Shown here piece after piece: positions 28,455 to 39,622 of a stretch of 64,000 bases of DNA. Both the position numbers and the translations under genes were made by a program. Under the pieces are notes generated by a model, which made no database searches, was not told the origin of the DNA, and was given only the letters and a program-made list of their open reading frames with translations. Source of the DNA: Gammaproteobacteria bacterium (GTDB lineage Bacteria; Pseudomonadota; Gammaproteobacteria; JABABF01); assembly GCA_965237805.1 (NCBI GenBank), contig OZ250153.1, positions 672,001 to 736,000 of the forward strand, given 5' to 3'. Position 1 is the first letter of the stretch; each line of letters begins with the position of its first letter.

Positions 28455-31367
28455 TCAATCGAGCAAGTACCAGCGTTTGTTGTCGCGTTTAAAATCCGCC
28501 GCAGACGAGACTTTGCTGCGACCGGCAAAACCGCCACCGGGACCGTCGCCCGGCACACGCAATAGCACTTCCCGACGCTTCGGTGCCAGCAACATATTGC
28601 GGCTGAAAACCAACCATTGATTGCGCGAGATATCACGCAATGAGTCGGCGAGTCGCTCACGGTACTTGAAATCGGTGTCACCTAGTGCGATGTCCAGCCA
28701 ATAGCGCTCAGACAGTTCACGCTGCGACGACGGCAATGCCAGCACCTTACTAATCAGCCCGTCGCGCTGACGCGCAAACTCCTCATCCGACATCTTTGCC
28801 AGCTGCGCCAGCGACCGCTCGAAGAAACCACGCATCTGTGCTTCGATCTCCGCCACTGCGGTGCGCGGCGACTGCACAACAAAAACCACCCCGGGTACCG
28901 CCGCCACTTGCTGGTATCGCGCATAGACCACATAGCCGAGCTGACGCACCGTGCGCAAATCTTCGAAAAATAGCGGGTGCAAAATGTGCGCAACGAGCGA
29001 GCTCATCGCCTGATGGCGCGGCGAGTGATCTGGTGCCTGAAAATATAGTAACGCAGCCGCATCATCGTGTTCAAAATTACGCTCCCACACCCAAGGACGC
29101 TCTGCGGCTTGCAGGCGTACGGTAGCTAGTGGCGGCAGCGGCTGCTCCGCACTGTCGCCACCGACGGCAGATTGTGTCCAGTGTGCAAGGCGCTGCGCGT
29201 CGAGCGCCTCCAGATTGCCATGCGCCAAACCTTGAATGAAATTGTTCTGCTGCAGACGGGCCGAAAAACGACGCAACGCGGGGAGCCGCACTTGCTCTAA
29301 CGCCGTGATGCGTGCTTCGTCGGTGTAGGTGCCGCGTTGCAACAGCTGCCCTAAATTCGCGATCAACCGCCGATGCGGCGACACTCCAATCGCCGCCCGC
29401 CACTCGCGCAACAATTCTGCATGGAGATCCTTGAAACGCGCCGCCGACAGCTGTGGTGTGCGCAAGACCCCCAACACGCGCAGCAGCAATTCGTCCTGAC
29501 GGTCTTGGAAGCCGCTGATCTCCACCGTCAAGCCACGCAGTGTCGCACGCACATTGATCGACAGGCCTGCGAGCAGTGCTGGGTAGATGGACTCAGTCAA
29601 CTCATCCAACAACATGCGCGCAAGTAATTCATTCATGGCGGCATGCACCGCCGTGTCAGATGCCTGCGGAAAGCGGATGGCAAACAGCACATCTGTATGC
29701 GGGCGACGAAAATGACCATCCTGCTGGAACCACATCTGAAAACGGCGTCCGTAACGCAACAACAGCGGGGGTTGCCCCAGCTGGTAATCCAGCGAAGCTG
29801 GCAACACAGCAAAGGTCTCTGGGATAAAGGGATTGGGAGCTGGCAAAGCTAGCGCGTAGTCGGTTGGGGAGGCATGCTCCCAGCGCTGTCGCGTACGCGG
29901 CGACACCAGTGCTAATCCGTATGGCGTATCGTAATACTTGCTCTGCGTATTGACTGGCAAACTGGGCGCGGTCAGCATCAATAGGCAATTATCTGGTCGC
30001 AGAGCGTCGAGCATGCGCTGGATGGCCCGTGCGTTAAAGCGATCCATCAGATAGTCGCCACGCAGTACTTCGCGCTCCCGGTACTCGTGTATATTCGCCG
30101 CCAAGCTGACAGCAGAGTTCAGCGGTGCCTGCGGATCTCCATAATCGAAGCGCATCGACGCCAACTTGCTCATCTCGTCGAAGCGCCAAGACTCTGGGGG
30201 TGACTCGCGCAACAAATTAATGGCGGCGAAGATCAGTGCCGCGACATCATCTACCCGCTGCAAACCCTCTGCGCTCAAATCCACCACCACCTCAAAACTG
30301 CCCCCACCGCGGTAATGTAGGCCACGGCCTGCAGAGAGCGCAACCGCCCAACCACGCCGCTTCAGCTCGGATAATGCGCTGCCTACCCCCTCGTGGCCGA
30401 GCAGCTCGCCGATGTAGTAGAGCGGCTTGGTGCGCTGGTAACGGTAGCTATCCGGCACTGGAAACATCAAACGCAACTGGCGCTGCTCCCGGCTGGGGAT
30501 GACATGAACCCAGCTACCGAGCACATCGTCATCGAACAGCAGCTCGCTGATATCGCGTTGCCGCCCACCACCAGAGCGGAGACCGGTGAAGTGTTGCTGC
30601 ACCATCTCCTGCAATTGCGCAATCGACAGTGGGGCGACAACAGCCAACGCCATCCGTCCAGCCGTGTACTGGTCGAGGAAAAACTGCGCTACATCCGTAG
30701 CCAGCCCATCGCCACCCAAGGTCTCGATATTGCCAATCGCCAAACGCGACATGGGATGTTCCGGATTGAGGAAATGCCGCAGAACATCCTGCTGACGACG
30801 GGCCATGTGTATGATATCGGCACGATATTCGGCATGCACCGCTTGTTTCTCACGTGAGACATAACGCTCGCTCAGCTGTGGCGCAATGAAAAAACGCGCA
30901 AAGCGATCCAGTGCCCCCGACAGATGCTCGGAGTCGATCTCAAAGAAATAATTGCTGTGTTCAAAGCTGGTATAGGCGTTGTAGCGGCCACCGTGTGAGG
31001 TGATGAACTGCTGGTATTCACCGCTCTCAGGATAGCGGTCGGTACCGAGAAACAGCATATGCTCCAAGAAATGGGCGAGGCCGAGGCGGGTATTAGGATC
31101 GTTGCGGCTACCGACGGCCACTGCCAGTGCCGCCGCCGCCTTTGACGCGTCTGGGTCGGAGACCAACAGCACGCGCAGACCACTAGACAGGCGTAGGCTG
31201 TGATATTGGCGTACGTCGGAGAGCCCTTGAATCGGTTCCGCGGCCAGTGCCAGCGGCGACGCGACACACAGCATCCATACTGCCAACGCGCCGAGAGAAC
31301 ACCGCCAGCTGCGGCGTACCGTAGCGGCGATCAGTCGGATCGCGCAAGCGATGGCAGGCTGGGCCAT
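28455..31367 (-). CDS. M16A insulinase/pitrilysin-family peptidase
   Basis: GLAHFLEHMLFLG (HxxEH), NAYT, LRTVRQLGYVV, signal peptide. Start estimated. Confidence 0.92.
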   Translation of the reverse strand: MAQPAIACAIRLIAATVRRSWRCSLGALAVWMLCVASPLALAAEPIQGLSDVRQYHSLRLSSGLRVLLVSDPDASKAAAALAVAVGSRNDPNTRLGLAHFLEHMLFLGTDRYPESGEYQQFITSHGGRYNAYTSFEHSNYFFEIDSEHLSGALDRFARFFIAPQLSERYVSREKQAVHAEYRADIIHMARRQQDVLRHFLNPEHPMSRLAIGNIETLGGDGLATDVAQFFLDQYTAGRMALAVVAPLSIAQLQEMVQQHFTGLRSGGGRQRDISELLFDDDVLGSWVHVIPSREQRQLRLMFPVPDSYRYQRTKPLYYIGELLGHEGVGSALSELKRRGWAVALSAGRGLHYRGGGSFEVVVDLSAEGLQRVDDVAALIFAAINLLRESPPESWRFDEMSKLASMRFDYGDPQAPLNSAVSLAANIHEYREREVLRGDYLMDRFNARAIQRMLDALRPDNCLLMLTAPSLPVNTQSKYYDTPYGLALVSPRTRQRWEHASPTDYALALPAPNPFIPETFAVLPASLDYQLGQPPLLLRYGRRFQMWFQQDGHFRRPHTDVLFAIRFPQASDTAVHAAMNELLARMLLDELTESIYPALLAGLSINVRATLRGLTVEISGFQDRQDELLLRVLGVLRTPQLSAARFKDLHAELLREWRAAIGVSPHRRLIANLGQLLQRGTYTDEARITALEQVRLPALRRFSARLQQNNFIQGLAHGNLEALDAQRLAHWTQSAVGGDSAEQPLPPLATVRLQAAERPWVWERNFEHDDAAALLYFQAPDHSPRHQAMSSLVAHILHPLFFEDLRTVRQLGYVVYARYQQVAAVPGVVFVVQSPRTAVAEIEAQMRGFFERSLAQLAKMSDEEFARQRDGLISKVLALPSSQRELSERYWLDIALGDTDFKYRERLADSLRDISRNQWLVFSRNMLLAPKRREVLLRVPGDGPGGGFAGRSKVSSAADFKRDNKRWYLLD

Positions 31368-32401
31368 GTGTTGAGCAATGTCTTGAACAAGGTGGCCAAG
31401 GGAATGGCGAAGAATACCCCCCAAAAACCCCACAAATTGCCGAAAATCACGACGGCCATAATGATGACCACCGGATGCAGACTGACCGCCTCCGAGAATA
31501 GTAGCGGCACCAACAAGTTGCCATCCAGCACTTGGATCAGGAGATAGGCCGCACACAAATAGAAGAACGGTGGCGTCAGTCCCCACTGTGCATAGCCGAT
31601 CAGCAACACTGGCACCGTCACGATCGCCGCCCCGACATAGGGGATCACCACCGACAAGCCGACCGTGACAGCAAGTAGTGCAGCGTAATCCAAGCGGTTG
31701 ATAATAAACACGGCATAGCTCACCATGCCGACGATCAGTATCTCAATGAATTTGCCGCGCACATAGTTTCCCATCTGCTGCTTCAACTCATGCCAGATCG
31801 GTGCCAGCCGGTCGTTGCGCGAAGGCAACAAGTGGTGGCCGAACCAACGCATGATCTGCTCTCTGTCCTTGAGCAGGAAATAGGCCATCAATGGCACCAA
31901 GAACAGGTAGATCAGCACCACGACGATGTTCGACAGCGTACTGAAGCCACCGCTGATCAGGACCGCTCCCAGATGCTGGAACTGCTGTTGGATGAAGCTC
32001 GCCACCTGTGCGGCGGTATCTTCTCCCCAAACACCACCCAAGGACTGGTCGAGCGCGACCACCAGCTGGGTCACCGCCAGCTGGATGCGCGGCAAGCTGT
32101 CGTAGAGTGCCCCCAATTGCCCCCAGATCGCTGGCACTAGCACCATCAAGGAGCCATATAACAGGAGTAACAGGCACACGGTGGTCAGGCTCACTGCGAC
32201 GCGGTGCGAGCAGCCCAGCAATGACAAGCGGTCGACGAGACCCTGCAATAGGAAAGCGACCACCAAGCTGGCCAGTAGCGGGGTCAGGACACTGCCAGCA
32301 AACTCCACCAGCAAGAAGCCCGCCAGCACAAAGAGCACCAGGAAGATGGCTTCCACACCACCAAAGTGGCGGCTGATCCAATCGCGCACAGGAGAAAACA
32401 A
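31331..32401 (-). CDS. AI-2E family transporter (PerM-like)
   Basis: NYVRGKFIEI, GLSVVIPYVG, DGNLLVPLLFSEAV, WGFWGVFFAIPLA. Confidence 0.92.
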   Translation of the reverse strand: MFSPVRDWISRHFGGVEAIFLVLFVLAGFLLVEFAGSVLTPLLASLVVAFLLQGLVDRLSLLGCSHRVAVSLTTVCLLLLLYGSLMVLVPAIWGQLGALYDSLPRIQLAVTQLVVALDQSLGGVWGEDTAAQVASFIQQQFQHLGAVLISGGFSTLSNIVVVLIYLFLVPLMAYFLLKDREQIMRWFGHHLLPSRNDRLAPIWHELKQQMGNYVRGKFIEILIVGMVSYAVFIINRLDYAALLAVTVGLSVVIPYVGAAIVTVPVLLIGYAQWGLTPPFFYLCAAYLLIQVLDGNLLVPLLFSEAVSLHPVVIIMAVVIFGNLWGFWGVFFAIPLATLFKTLLNTWPSLPSLARSD

Positions 32402-32405
32402 AATG

Positions 32406-32663
32406 CTATCCCGCGCCCTGCGCAGTGTCGACTTTCTGAATCAAAAAGCGGTACTCGCCGCCAGCATATTCGCTTTGCAACAGCAGGCATTCGCCACGCT
32501 TGACCACCTGATTGAAATCGCGCTCAGCAGCGGGATCAGTCGCCAACACGCGCAGCTGCTGGCCGGGGCTCATCGCATGCAACGCTTGGCGTAACCGCAA
32601 CAGGGGTAGGGGACACTCGAGGCACCGCGCATCCAGTTGCCGGATCTTTGCAATGCTCATCAA
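32406..32663 (-). CDS. TusA-family sulfur carrier
   Basis: LDARCLECPLPLL, VLATDP. Conserved position between perM and bepA. Confidence 0.88.
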   Translation of the reverse strand: MMSIAKIRQLDARCLECPLPLLRLRQALHAMSPGQQLRVLATDPAAERDFNQVVKRGECLLLQSEYAGGEYRFLIQKVDTAQGAG

Positions 32664-32790
32664 AATTGGAAATGAACCACCATACTGTTATTATCGCAGC
32701 TCCGAGACCATATAGACCACGCCATGGGGGAGACATTCTGTCATGGCTACCCACCGCCCACCGCGCAGCTGCTGGTGAGAAGCAGAGCTT

Positions 32791-34257
32791 ATGTTAGCAA
32801 AAATGACACTGGCTCGAGTCGCCGCGACGATCGCCCTGCTCTGCCCGCTGGCGATGGCTCCATCATCGGCAGTAGAGTTGCCGGATTTGGGTGCATCGAG
32901 CTCAGCGGTCTTGGAGGGCGAGCAGATGAAACTGGGTCGCACATGGTTGCGCGCATTCCGCAGCCAAACTGGCTCCACAGAAGATGCGTCAATCGAGCTC
33001 TACTTGGAACGGCTGATGCATCGACTGGCAGCAGGCGGCCCAACCAGAAGCCACCCGCTGGAAGTGTTTTTGGTCTATTCACCGAGCTTAAATGCCTTTG
33101 CCCTACCCGGCGGCATCATTGGCATCCACACCGGATTGCTCCTGTATATGCGCGATGAAGCGGAGCTGGCCTCGGTAATAGCGCACGAGCTGAGCCACCT
33201 CAACCGGCATCATTTTGAACGGCGCCGCGAGGTGCAACAGAGCGAGCAGTTGCCGTTGCTGGCCAGCTTGTTGACTGCTATCGTGCTCATCTCCACTGTC
33301 GACCCGCTGGTCGGCATCGCGGCGCTGAGCGCCGCCAGAGCGGCGGCGCTCGAACGGCGGCTGAGTTACAGCCGAGAACATGAGATTGAGGCCGATCGGG
33401 GCGGCATGAAGCTGTTGTTGGATACGGGTTACGACCCCACCGCCATGTTGCGCGGCATCGAGCGCCTGCAAGAGGCCGCACGCTTCACCCATATCCCCCC
33501 GGAATTCCTGCTCACCCACCCCGTACACGAACACCGCATCGCCGCCCTGCGCGAAGCGGCACGAGAGTATGGCACAGTGGCAACGCCGCCAACACCATCA
33601 CCGTTGCCTTTCGCACTGGCGCGGGCACGGGTCGTGGTCGTACACAGTGAAGACCCAGACAAGACACTCGCCGCTTTCGCGGCCGCCCGGAAGCAGAACC
33701 CCACAGACCAAGCAGCGGTCTACAGCCACGCGCTAGCACTGGCGGCGACCCACAAGCCACAGCAGGCATGGCAGGCCATCGCCACCCTGCTCGAAGCACC
33801 ATCGCCGCCACTCGAGATAGTCGCCACCGCCGCTGAGCTCGCTGCTGAGGCTGGCGAGATGGAGGCGGCATTGGCACTATTACGCCGCCACCGACACCGG
33901 AACCCAGACAATTATCTGCTGGATCTGAGCTACTCCCGCGTGGCACTACGCGCCGGGGATGTGCGCTCAGCGTTACGCGCTGCGCAGCGTCAGACAGTGT
34001 TGCGCCCGCGCAAAATCGCCGCTTGGAAAGCGCTGGCCGCCAGCCACGGTGCCGCTGGAACATTGTCTGGAGTGCACCGCGCACAGGCCGAAGAACAGAT
34101 GCTGGCAGGACAGCTACCCGAGGCGAGAAGGCTGTTGGTGCGCGCCCAACAACTGAGCCGCAGTTACCGAGAAAAGGCCGAATTGCAGCAACGGCTAGCC
34201 GAGCTGGGGGTCTTGGAACGCGAGCAGCAAGCCCTGCTCAATGGGAATGGGCAGTAG
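32791..34257 (+). CDS. bepA: BepA/YfgC M48 metalloprotease with TPR region
   Basis: Signal peptide, [32 protein letters not shown]. Confidence 0.9.
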   Translation: MLAKMTLARVAATIALLCPLAMAPSSAVELPDLGASSSAVLEGEQMKLGRTWLRAFRSQTGSTEDASIELYLERLMHRLAAGGPTRSHPLEVFLVYSPSLNAFALPGGIIGIHTGLLLYMRDEAELASVIAHELSHLNRHHFERRREVQQSEQLPLLASLLTAIVLISTVDPLVGIAALSAARAAALERRLSYSREHEIEADRGGMKLLLDTGYDPTAMLRGIERLQEAARFTHIPPEFLLTHPVHEHRIAALREAAREYGTVATPPTPSPLPFALARARVVVVHSEDPDKTLAAFAAARKQNPTDQAAVYSHALALAATHKPQQAWQAIATLLEAPSPPLEIVATAAELAAEAGEMEAALALLRRHRHRNPDNYLLDLSYSRVALRAGDVRSALRAAQRQTVLRPRKIAAWKALAASHGAAGTLSGVHRAQAEEQMLAGQLPEARRLLVRAQQLSRSYREKAELQQRLAELGVLEREQQALLNGNGQ

Positions 34258-35362
34258 TGACGGGCCGCGTGCTGGGAGTCTGGGGTCGAGTGGTGGGAGC
34301 GGGAGCATTGGAAAAGTCGAGCATGCGTTGCAGGGGCAGCATGGCAGCGTAGCCCAAGTCATCGGGCACCAGCACCTCGTTGCACCCCCGTTCCAGCGAA
34401 TCGGCCAAATTCTCCAAATGGTTCATCGCCATCCACGGGCAACGCGAGCAACTGCGGCAGGTGGCACCCTCGCCTGCTGTGGGTGCAATCAAGAATTGCC
34501 GATCCGGCGCAGCTTGGCGCAGGCGGTGGAACAATCCTTGGTCAGTGGCCACGATGAAAGTGTGCTGTGGTAGGCGCTGCGCATACTCGACAATCTGTGA
34601 GGTGGAGCCGATGGCATCCGCCAACTCCAGCACCGACAGCGGTGACTCCGGATGCGCCAAGACCGCAGCATCGGGATGCACCGCCTTCAAATCCAAGATG
34701 CCGCGCGCACGGAACTCTTCGTGTACCACGCAGCTGCCTTCCCACAACAGCATATCGGCATCGGTCTGAGAACGGATGTAGCGCCCCAAATGCTGATCTG
34801 GCGCCCACAGCATGGCCTTGCCCTGCGCGTCCAGATGCTCGACGACACTACGGGCGATGCTTGAGGTGACCACCCAGTCCGCCTGTGCCTTCACCGCAGC
34901 CGAGGTGTTGGCATAGACCACCGCGATACGCTCAGGATGAGTATTCCGAAAAGCGGCGAACTCCGCTGCCGAGCAACCGACATCGAGCGAGCAGGTCGCC
35001 TCCAGCGTCGGCATCAACACGCGTTTGGTCGGCGTCAGTATCTTGGCGGTTTCACCCATGAAGCGCACACCGGCCACCACCAGCGTCGAGGCCGGATGGT
35101 CGCGGCCAAAGCGGGCCATCTCCAGTGAGTCGGCGACGCAGCCACCGCTTTCCTCGGCCAGCACCTGTATCTCCGGTGCCGTGTAGTAATGCGCCACCAC
35201 CACGGCGTCCTCAACACGTAACAGGCGCTTGATGCGCCGCCTCAGCACACGCTCTTGATCCGGGTCATGGCGCGGGGGTGCCAACTGATCGGCACGGTCG
35301 AGAAAACTCTGCACGACAGCGCGCTGACCCAACTCCGACGCTGTCTGAGATGCTGTAGACAT
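34238..35362 (-). CDS. nadA: Quinolinate synthase
   Basis: [44 protein letters not shown]. Confidence 0.97.
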   Translation of the reverse strand: MSTASQTASELGQRAVVQSFLDRADQLAPPRHDPDQERVLRRRIKRLLRVEDAVVVAHYYTAPEIQVLAEESGGCVADSLEMARFGRDHPASTLVVAGVRFMGETAKILTPTKRVLMPTLEATCSLDVGCSAAEFAAFRNTHPERIAVVYANTSAAVKAQADWVVTSSIARSVVEHLDAQGKAMLWAPDQHLGRYIRSQTDADMLLWEGSCVVHEEFRARGILDLKAVHPDAAVLAHPESPLSVLELADAIGSTSQIVEYAQRLPQHTFIVATDQGLFHRLRQAAPDRQFLIAPTAGEGATCRSCSRCPWMAMNHLENLADSLERGCNEVLVPDDLGYAAMLPLQRMLDFSNAPAPTTRPQTPSTRPVTTAHSH

Positions 35363-35478
35363 GGCATCTATTGCTGGCGCACACGCCGATAACTATCCTA
35401 AAATCATACCATGATCTGACGCGGGTGGACGAGATCAACCCATGAGGCAGCCCCGACCTAATCCGAGGGGCGACCCTG

Positions 35479-35551
35479 TGGGCCGTGAAGGATTCGAACC
35501 TTCGACCAACTGGTTAAAAGCCAGCTGCTCTACCAACTGAGCTAACGGCCC
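35479..35551 (-). tRNA. tRNA-Lys (TTT)
   Basis: Minus strand reads GGGCCGTTAGCTCAGTTGGTAGAGCAGCTGGCTTTTAACCAGTTGGTCGAAGGTTCGAATCCTTCACGGCCCA. No encoded CCA. Confidence 0.97.
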
Positions 35552-35559
35552 GGCGAGCG

Positions 35560-36255
35560 CTATTGTATATCGTGGTTCACCGTTGCCGGATCAGTCAAAC
35601 CAGCAGCGGCAAAGCCCTGTCGGCGCAAGCGACAGCTGTCGCAACGCCCACAGGCAACTCCCATCGCATCGGGCTGGTAGCAGGACACCGTCTGAGCGTA
35701 GTCGACACCCAGCGCTTGACCAACGCGGATGATCTCCGCCTTGCCCAGCTCCATCAGAGGTGCACGCACCTCTGGTGGGTGTCCCTCGACACCGATGCGG
35801 GTGGCCAGCGCCGCCAAGTGCCCAAAAGCCGCCACGAACTCGGGGCGACAGTCCGGGTAGCCAGAATAGTCGACCGCATTGGCACCGATGAACAGCACCC
35901 CAGCCTCCAATACCTCGGCCCAAGCCAAAGCGAGCGCCAGCAACAGCGTGTTGCGCGCCGGCACATAGGTGGAGGGAACACCCTCTGTGGAGCGCTCTGG
36001 CACCGCCATTGCCAAGTCGGTCAGCGCCGAGCCCCCGATGCCGCCCAAATCGACACGCATCACGCGATGCTCGACCGCGCCGAGTGCCTGCGCCACACGC
36101 TTGGCAGCGCACAATTCGATGCCATGGCGCTGACCGTAGTCAACGCTTAGGGCGTGGCAACGATAGCCCTCCGACACGGCCATTGCCAGCACTGTGGCGG
36201 AGTCCAAGCCGCCCGATAACAGCACAACAGCGTGCTCAGCGCCCCGGCTCATCAC
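35560..36255 (-). CDS. queC: 7-cyano-7-deazaguanine synthase
   Basis: SGGLDS, YVPARN, SGYPDCR, SCY, CGRCDSC. Confidence 0.97.
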   Translation of the reverse strand: MMSRGAEHAVVLLSGGLDSATVLAMAVSEGYRCHALSVDYGQRHGIELCAAKRVAQALGAVEHRVMRVDLGGIGGSALTDLAMAVPERSTEGVPSTYVPARNTLLLALALAWAEVLEAGVLFIGANAVDYSGYPDCRPEFVAAFGHLAALATRIGVEGHPPEVRAPLMELGKAEIIRVGQALGVDYAQTVSCYQPDAMGVACGRCDSCRLRRQGFAAAGLTDPATVNHDIQ

Positions 36256-36904
36256 CCCAGATCAACTTGTGCAACTGCAGCTGCATACGCACTGGCAAAC
36301 GATCGCGCAGAATCCAATCGGCCAGCTGTTGCGGCGGCAACTGGTCATGGCTCGGGGAAAACAACAGCGCGCCGACGCGCTGCTCCAAGTGGTGGCGGTG
36401 CAACTGCTCAACCGACCAGAGGTAGTCTCGCTCATCGCAGATGACAAATTTGATCTGATCGCGCAGCGTCAACGCTGACAAGTTGTCCAACAGGTTCTTA
36501 TCCTGCTCGCCAGAGCCCGGGGTTTTGAGATCCATCACCCTCACCACGCGCGCATCCACTGCCGCCACCGGCAGTGCCCCACCCGTCTCCAAGGACACTT
36601 GATAGCCCGCGTCGCACAGGCGACTGAGCAGAGGCAGGCAGGCGGGCTGCGCCAGCGGCTCACCACCGGTCACCGTGACATAGCGGGGGGCGTAGCTAGC
36701 CACCTCCGAGAGCACCTCCGTCAGCGTGCGCTGATCGCCCCCTTGGAAAGCATAGGCGGTATCACAGTAATGGCAACGCAACGGGCAACCGGTCAGGCGC
36801 ACAAAGACGGTCGGCAAACCACTGCTTAGGCTTTCGCCTTGCAGGGAGTAGAAGATCTCGGTGATGCGCAACCCTGCGGTTGCATGTGGCGCTAGCGCAG
36901 ACAA
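36236..36904 (-). CDS. queE: 7-carboxy-7-deazaguanine synthase (radical SAM)
   Basis: [28 protein letters not shown]. Start estimated at TTG 36904. Confidence 0.96.
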   Translation of the reverse strand: MSALAPHATAGLRITEIFYSLQGESLSSGLPTVFVRLTGCPLRCHYCDTAYAFQGGDQRTLTEVLSEVASYAPRYVTVTGGEPLAQPACLPLLSRLCDAGYQVSLETGGALPVAAVDARVVRVMDLKTPGSGEQDKNLLDNLSALTLRDQIKFVICDERDYLWSVEQLHRHHLEQRVGALLFSPSHDQLPPQQLADWILRDRLPVRMQLQLHKLIWGDEPGR

Positions 36905-36908
36905 GGAC

Positions 36909-37649
36909 TCAGAAGTTCTGGCGCAGATAGGAGGTGGCAAGACGGGCGGCAGCCGAGCCGGGAACCCCGCTGTAGCTGCGCACCACGTGCTCCAATAATT
37001 CTCGCGCCCGCTCCCGATTGCCCTGTAGATAGTGGATCTTTCCCTGCTTGAACAGCGCGTCGGGCACGCGTGCGTGACCAGGAAAGTCCTCGACCAAGCG
37101 CTCGAAGTAGGAAAGGGCCAACGAGAGGTCCGTCGGCACGGCCGCCAGCGCCAGATCGCCGAGCCAATAGACCGCGTTGGGGGCATTCTCGCCGCCTGGC
37201 CATTCACTGAGATAGTTTTGGAAAGCCTGACGCGCCTCTGGATAGCGCCCCGCCTTGACTTGACCATAGGCACTCAAGTAAGCGCGACGCTCATCAGCAG
37301 CATTTTGTTCTGCCACCACTGCCGCCTGATCGCTGGCATCAGCGTTATCGCTTTGTCCCTCCAACGCGACCAAGCGCTGCTCTAGTTCGTCATACTGGCG
37401 CACTTGGCGGCGACGCAACACATCCAAGGCCTCACCCTGTTGATCGACTTGGCCACGCAGCTGGCGCAGATCCTCCTGCAAAAAGCGCACATGATCGAAT
37501 AGCTCTTGGATCAACGCTTGGTGCGAGCGCACCGTGTCCGCTACTGCGTTGCCGCGATCAGGCTGTTGCGCTACGACATGAGGGCTCAGGATCGCCAAGC
37601 ACAGCGGGACGCACAACGGCCAACAACGCCGAGTGGCGCGCCGCAACAC
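36909..37649 (-). CDS. cpoB: Tol-Pal protein CpoB/YbgF
   Basis: Signal peptide, coiled coil LRGQVD, TPRs PNAVYWLG and PDALFK. Follows pal. Confidence 0.9.
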   Translation of the reverse strand: MLRRATRRCWPLCVPLCLAILSPHVVAQQPDRGNAVADTVRSHQALIQELFDHVRFLQEDLRQLRGQVDQQGEALDVLRRRQVRQYDELEQRLVALEGQSDNADASDQAAVVAEQNAADERRAYLSAYGQVKAGRYPEARQAFQNYLSEWPGGENAPNAVYWLGDLALAAVPTDLSLALSYFERLVEDFPGHARVPDALFKQGKIHYLQGNRERARELLEHVVRSYSGVPGSAAARLATSYLRQNF

Positions 37650-37665
37650 CCCATCCCGATCGCCG

Positions 37666-38271
37666 CTATTTTGTGCCGCCACTACCGTCCAAAACGATGA
37701 TCTGCACACGACGGTTGCGAGCCCATGCCCGCTCGTTGCTACCGAGCTCAGCCGGAGCCTCTTCGCCTAGCGAGACAGGATCCAAGCGCGTTCGGGGTAC
37801 CCCGCGCAACACGAGGTGCTGTGCCACAAATTCAGCGCGCAGCTGGGCAAGAGCCAAATTATATTCTCGGGTGCCGCGCTCATCGGTGTGACCCTCCATG
37901 CGCAACCGTGCGCCCGAAGACTTGGCATACTGGACATAGGGTTCCAGCATGCGGCGCGCCTGCGCACTCAGTTCGATGCTGTCGAAGCGGAAATACACCA
38001 CATCGTCAGTGGGTGCCCCAGGCACAGATATAGCCGGCTGCGATCGCTGCTGCACTGGCTCGGCAGGGGTGACGCGCGCTTGCTTTAGCGCCTCCTGCTG
38101 GGATGGTACAGGCGCAGGCTGCGGCTTGCTCGCCTCTACCCGCTCTCGCACCATGGGTACCGCCGAGTCGGGCGACACCGGAGCGCAAGCCACCGATGCC
38201 CCCATCGGCAATAAAACACAGGCCAAGTAGACCCAACGTTTGCATTGCATTGTTTTGTTAGCTGCCATCAT
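37666..38271 (-). CDS. pal: Peptidoglycan-associated lipoprotein
   Basis: Lipobox SVAC, VYFRFD, EGHTDERGTREYNLAL, WARNRR. Confidence 0.93.
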   Translation of the reverse strand: MMAANKTMQCKRWVYLACVLLPMGASVACAPVSPDSAVPMVRERVEASKPQPAPVPSQQEALKQARVTPAEPVQQRSQPAISVPGAPTDDVVYFRFDSIELSAQARRMLEPYVQYAKSSGARLRMEGHTDERGTREYNLALAQLRAEFVAQHLVLRGVPRTRLDPVSLGEEAPAELGSNERAWARNRRVQIIVLDGSGGTK

Positions 38272-39622
38272 TTATTATCCCCCTGTTGCCATGTCCCAGT
38301 ATACGGAGACCATGCGGGTTCACTGACTTCCCCGACGCGAGCAGGTAGCCGTGCGCGGAAATCATTGTCCAAAGCAGCGATGGCAAGCACTCGTCGTCCT
38401 TGATATCGCGTTGCATAGGTTAGCATAATCCCGTTGGGTGCCACCGTTGGCGACTCGTCTAGCGCATCTGCCGTGAGGATGCGCAGTTGCCGTTTGCCAA
38501 AGCGGTGGAGGGCTATATTGTACTTGCCACGATTCCCAGCCGCACCTTGACTATGCACAGCGATGAAGCCCGTGCCGTCTGGCAAGGACACCGCACCAGC
38601 ATTGTAGTCGCCGGTAAAGGTGATCCGCTCCGGCTTGCCACCATCCAAACCCATGCGGTAGATCTGCGGACTGCCACCACGATCTGAGGTAAACAACAGC
38701 GAGCGGCCGTCCGGCAACCACTCCGGCTCGGTATCAGCTGCAAAATGCTTGGTCAGGCGGCGCAATTTTCCCCCCCCTTGCGCAAGGCCAGCAGATAAAT
38801 GTCGATATTGCCACCACGTGCAATCGTCACCGCCAAGCGGTTACCGTCCGGGGAAAAGGCAGGGGCACTGCTGTACTCGCCTTCGGCTAGCAACAGCTGC
38901 GGTGCTCCACTCGCCAGCTGTTGGTGGTAGATCGCCGCACGCCCCCGCTCAAAGGACACATAGGCCAGCGACTGGCCATCGGGGGCCCAAGCTGGCGACA
39001 ACAAAGGCGTGTTGCGCTCATACAGCACCCGCCCTCTAGCCCCATCGGAATCGGCCACAACCAAGCGATAGCGAGCGATGCCGCCGCGCTCGACGCGTGA
39101 GATGTAGGCCATGCGGGAGGAGAACACGCCACGCTTCTTGACCAAATGCTGATAGAGCCGATTGCTCAGCTGGTGCGCTAGGTCGCGCAGCTGCCCGGAG
39201 TCGCCGTGCTCCACCCATGATTCCAACAGCTGACGACCGTGCACATCGTGCAACTCCATGCGCAGCTGCAGGCCAGTGGGCTGCTCAGCCGGGCTGACAG
39301 TACCGACGACCAGATAATCAACCTGCAGCTGCTGCCACTCTCGGAAGAAGACCTGTTGGCCAGCACCGGGCGTACTCAGCATCTGCGATCTCGGCAGTGT
39401 GGAAAAGCGCCCGGTGCGCCACAAATCGGAGCCGATGATGTCGGCGATGATGCCCTGCGCATGTCCCGGCAGCTCCCAAGTGAAAGGCACCACCGCCAAC
39501 GGCGTCGGCTTGCCACCACCACGAGTGATCTCGATCAGCAGTTCCGCCGAACTCTGCGGCACCGGCAGAAACACGGCCAACACCGCCACCAGTAGCGCTG
39601 CGCGGGAGCTGAGCCCTCTCAT
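38268..39622 (-). pseudogene. tolB: TolB, frameshifted (ORFs 38753-39622 and 38268-38765)
   Basis: TolB N-domain plus propeller repeats (SPAWAPDG, PAFSPDG / EPEWLPDG, FTSDRGGSPQIY, EPAWSP) are split between two frames at a G8-A4 run (38766-38777). May be a sequencing error. Confidence 0.9.
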
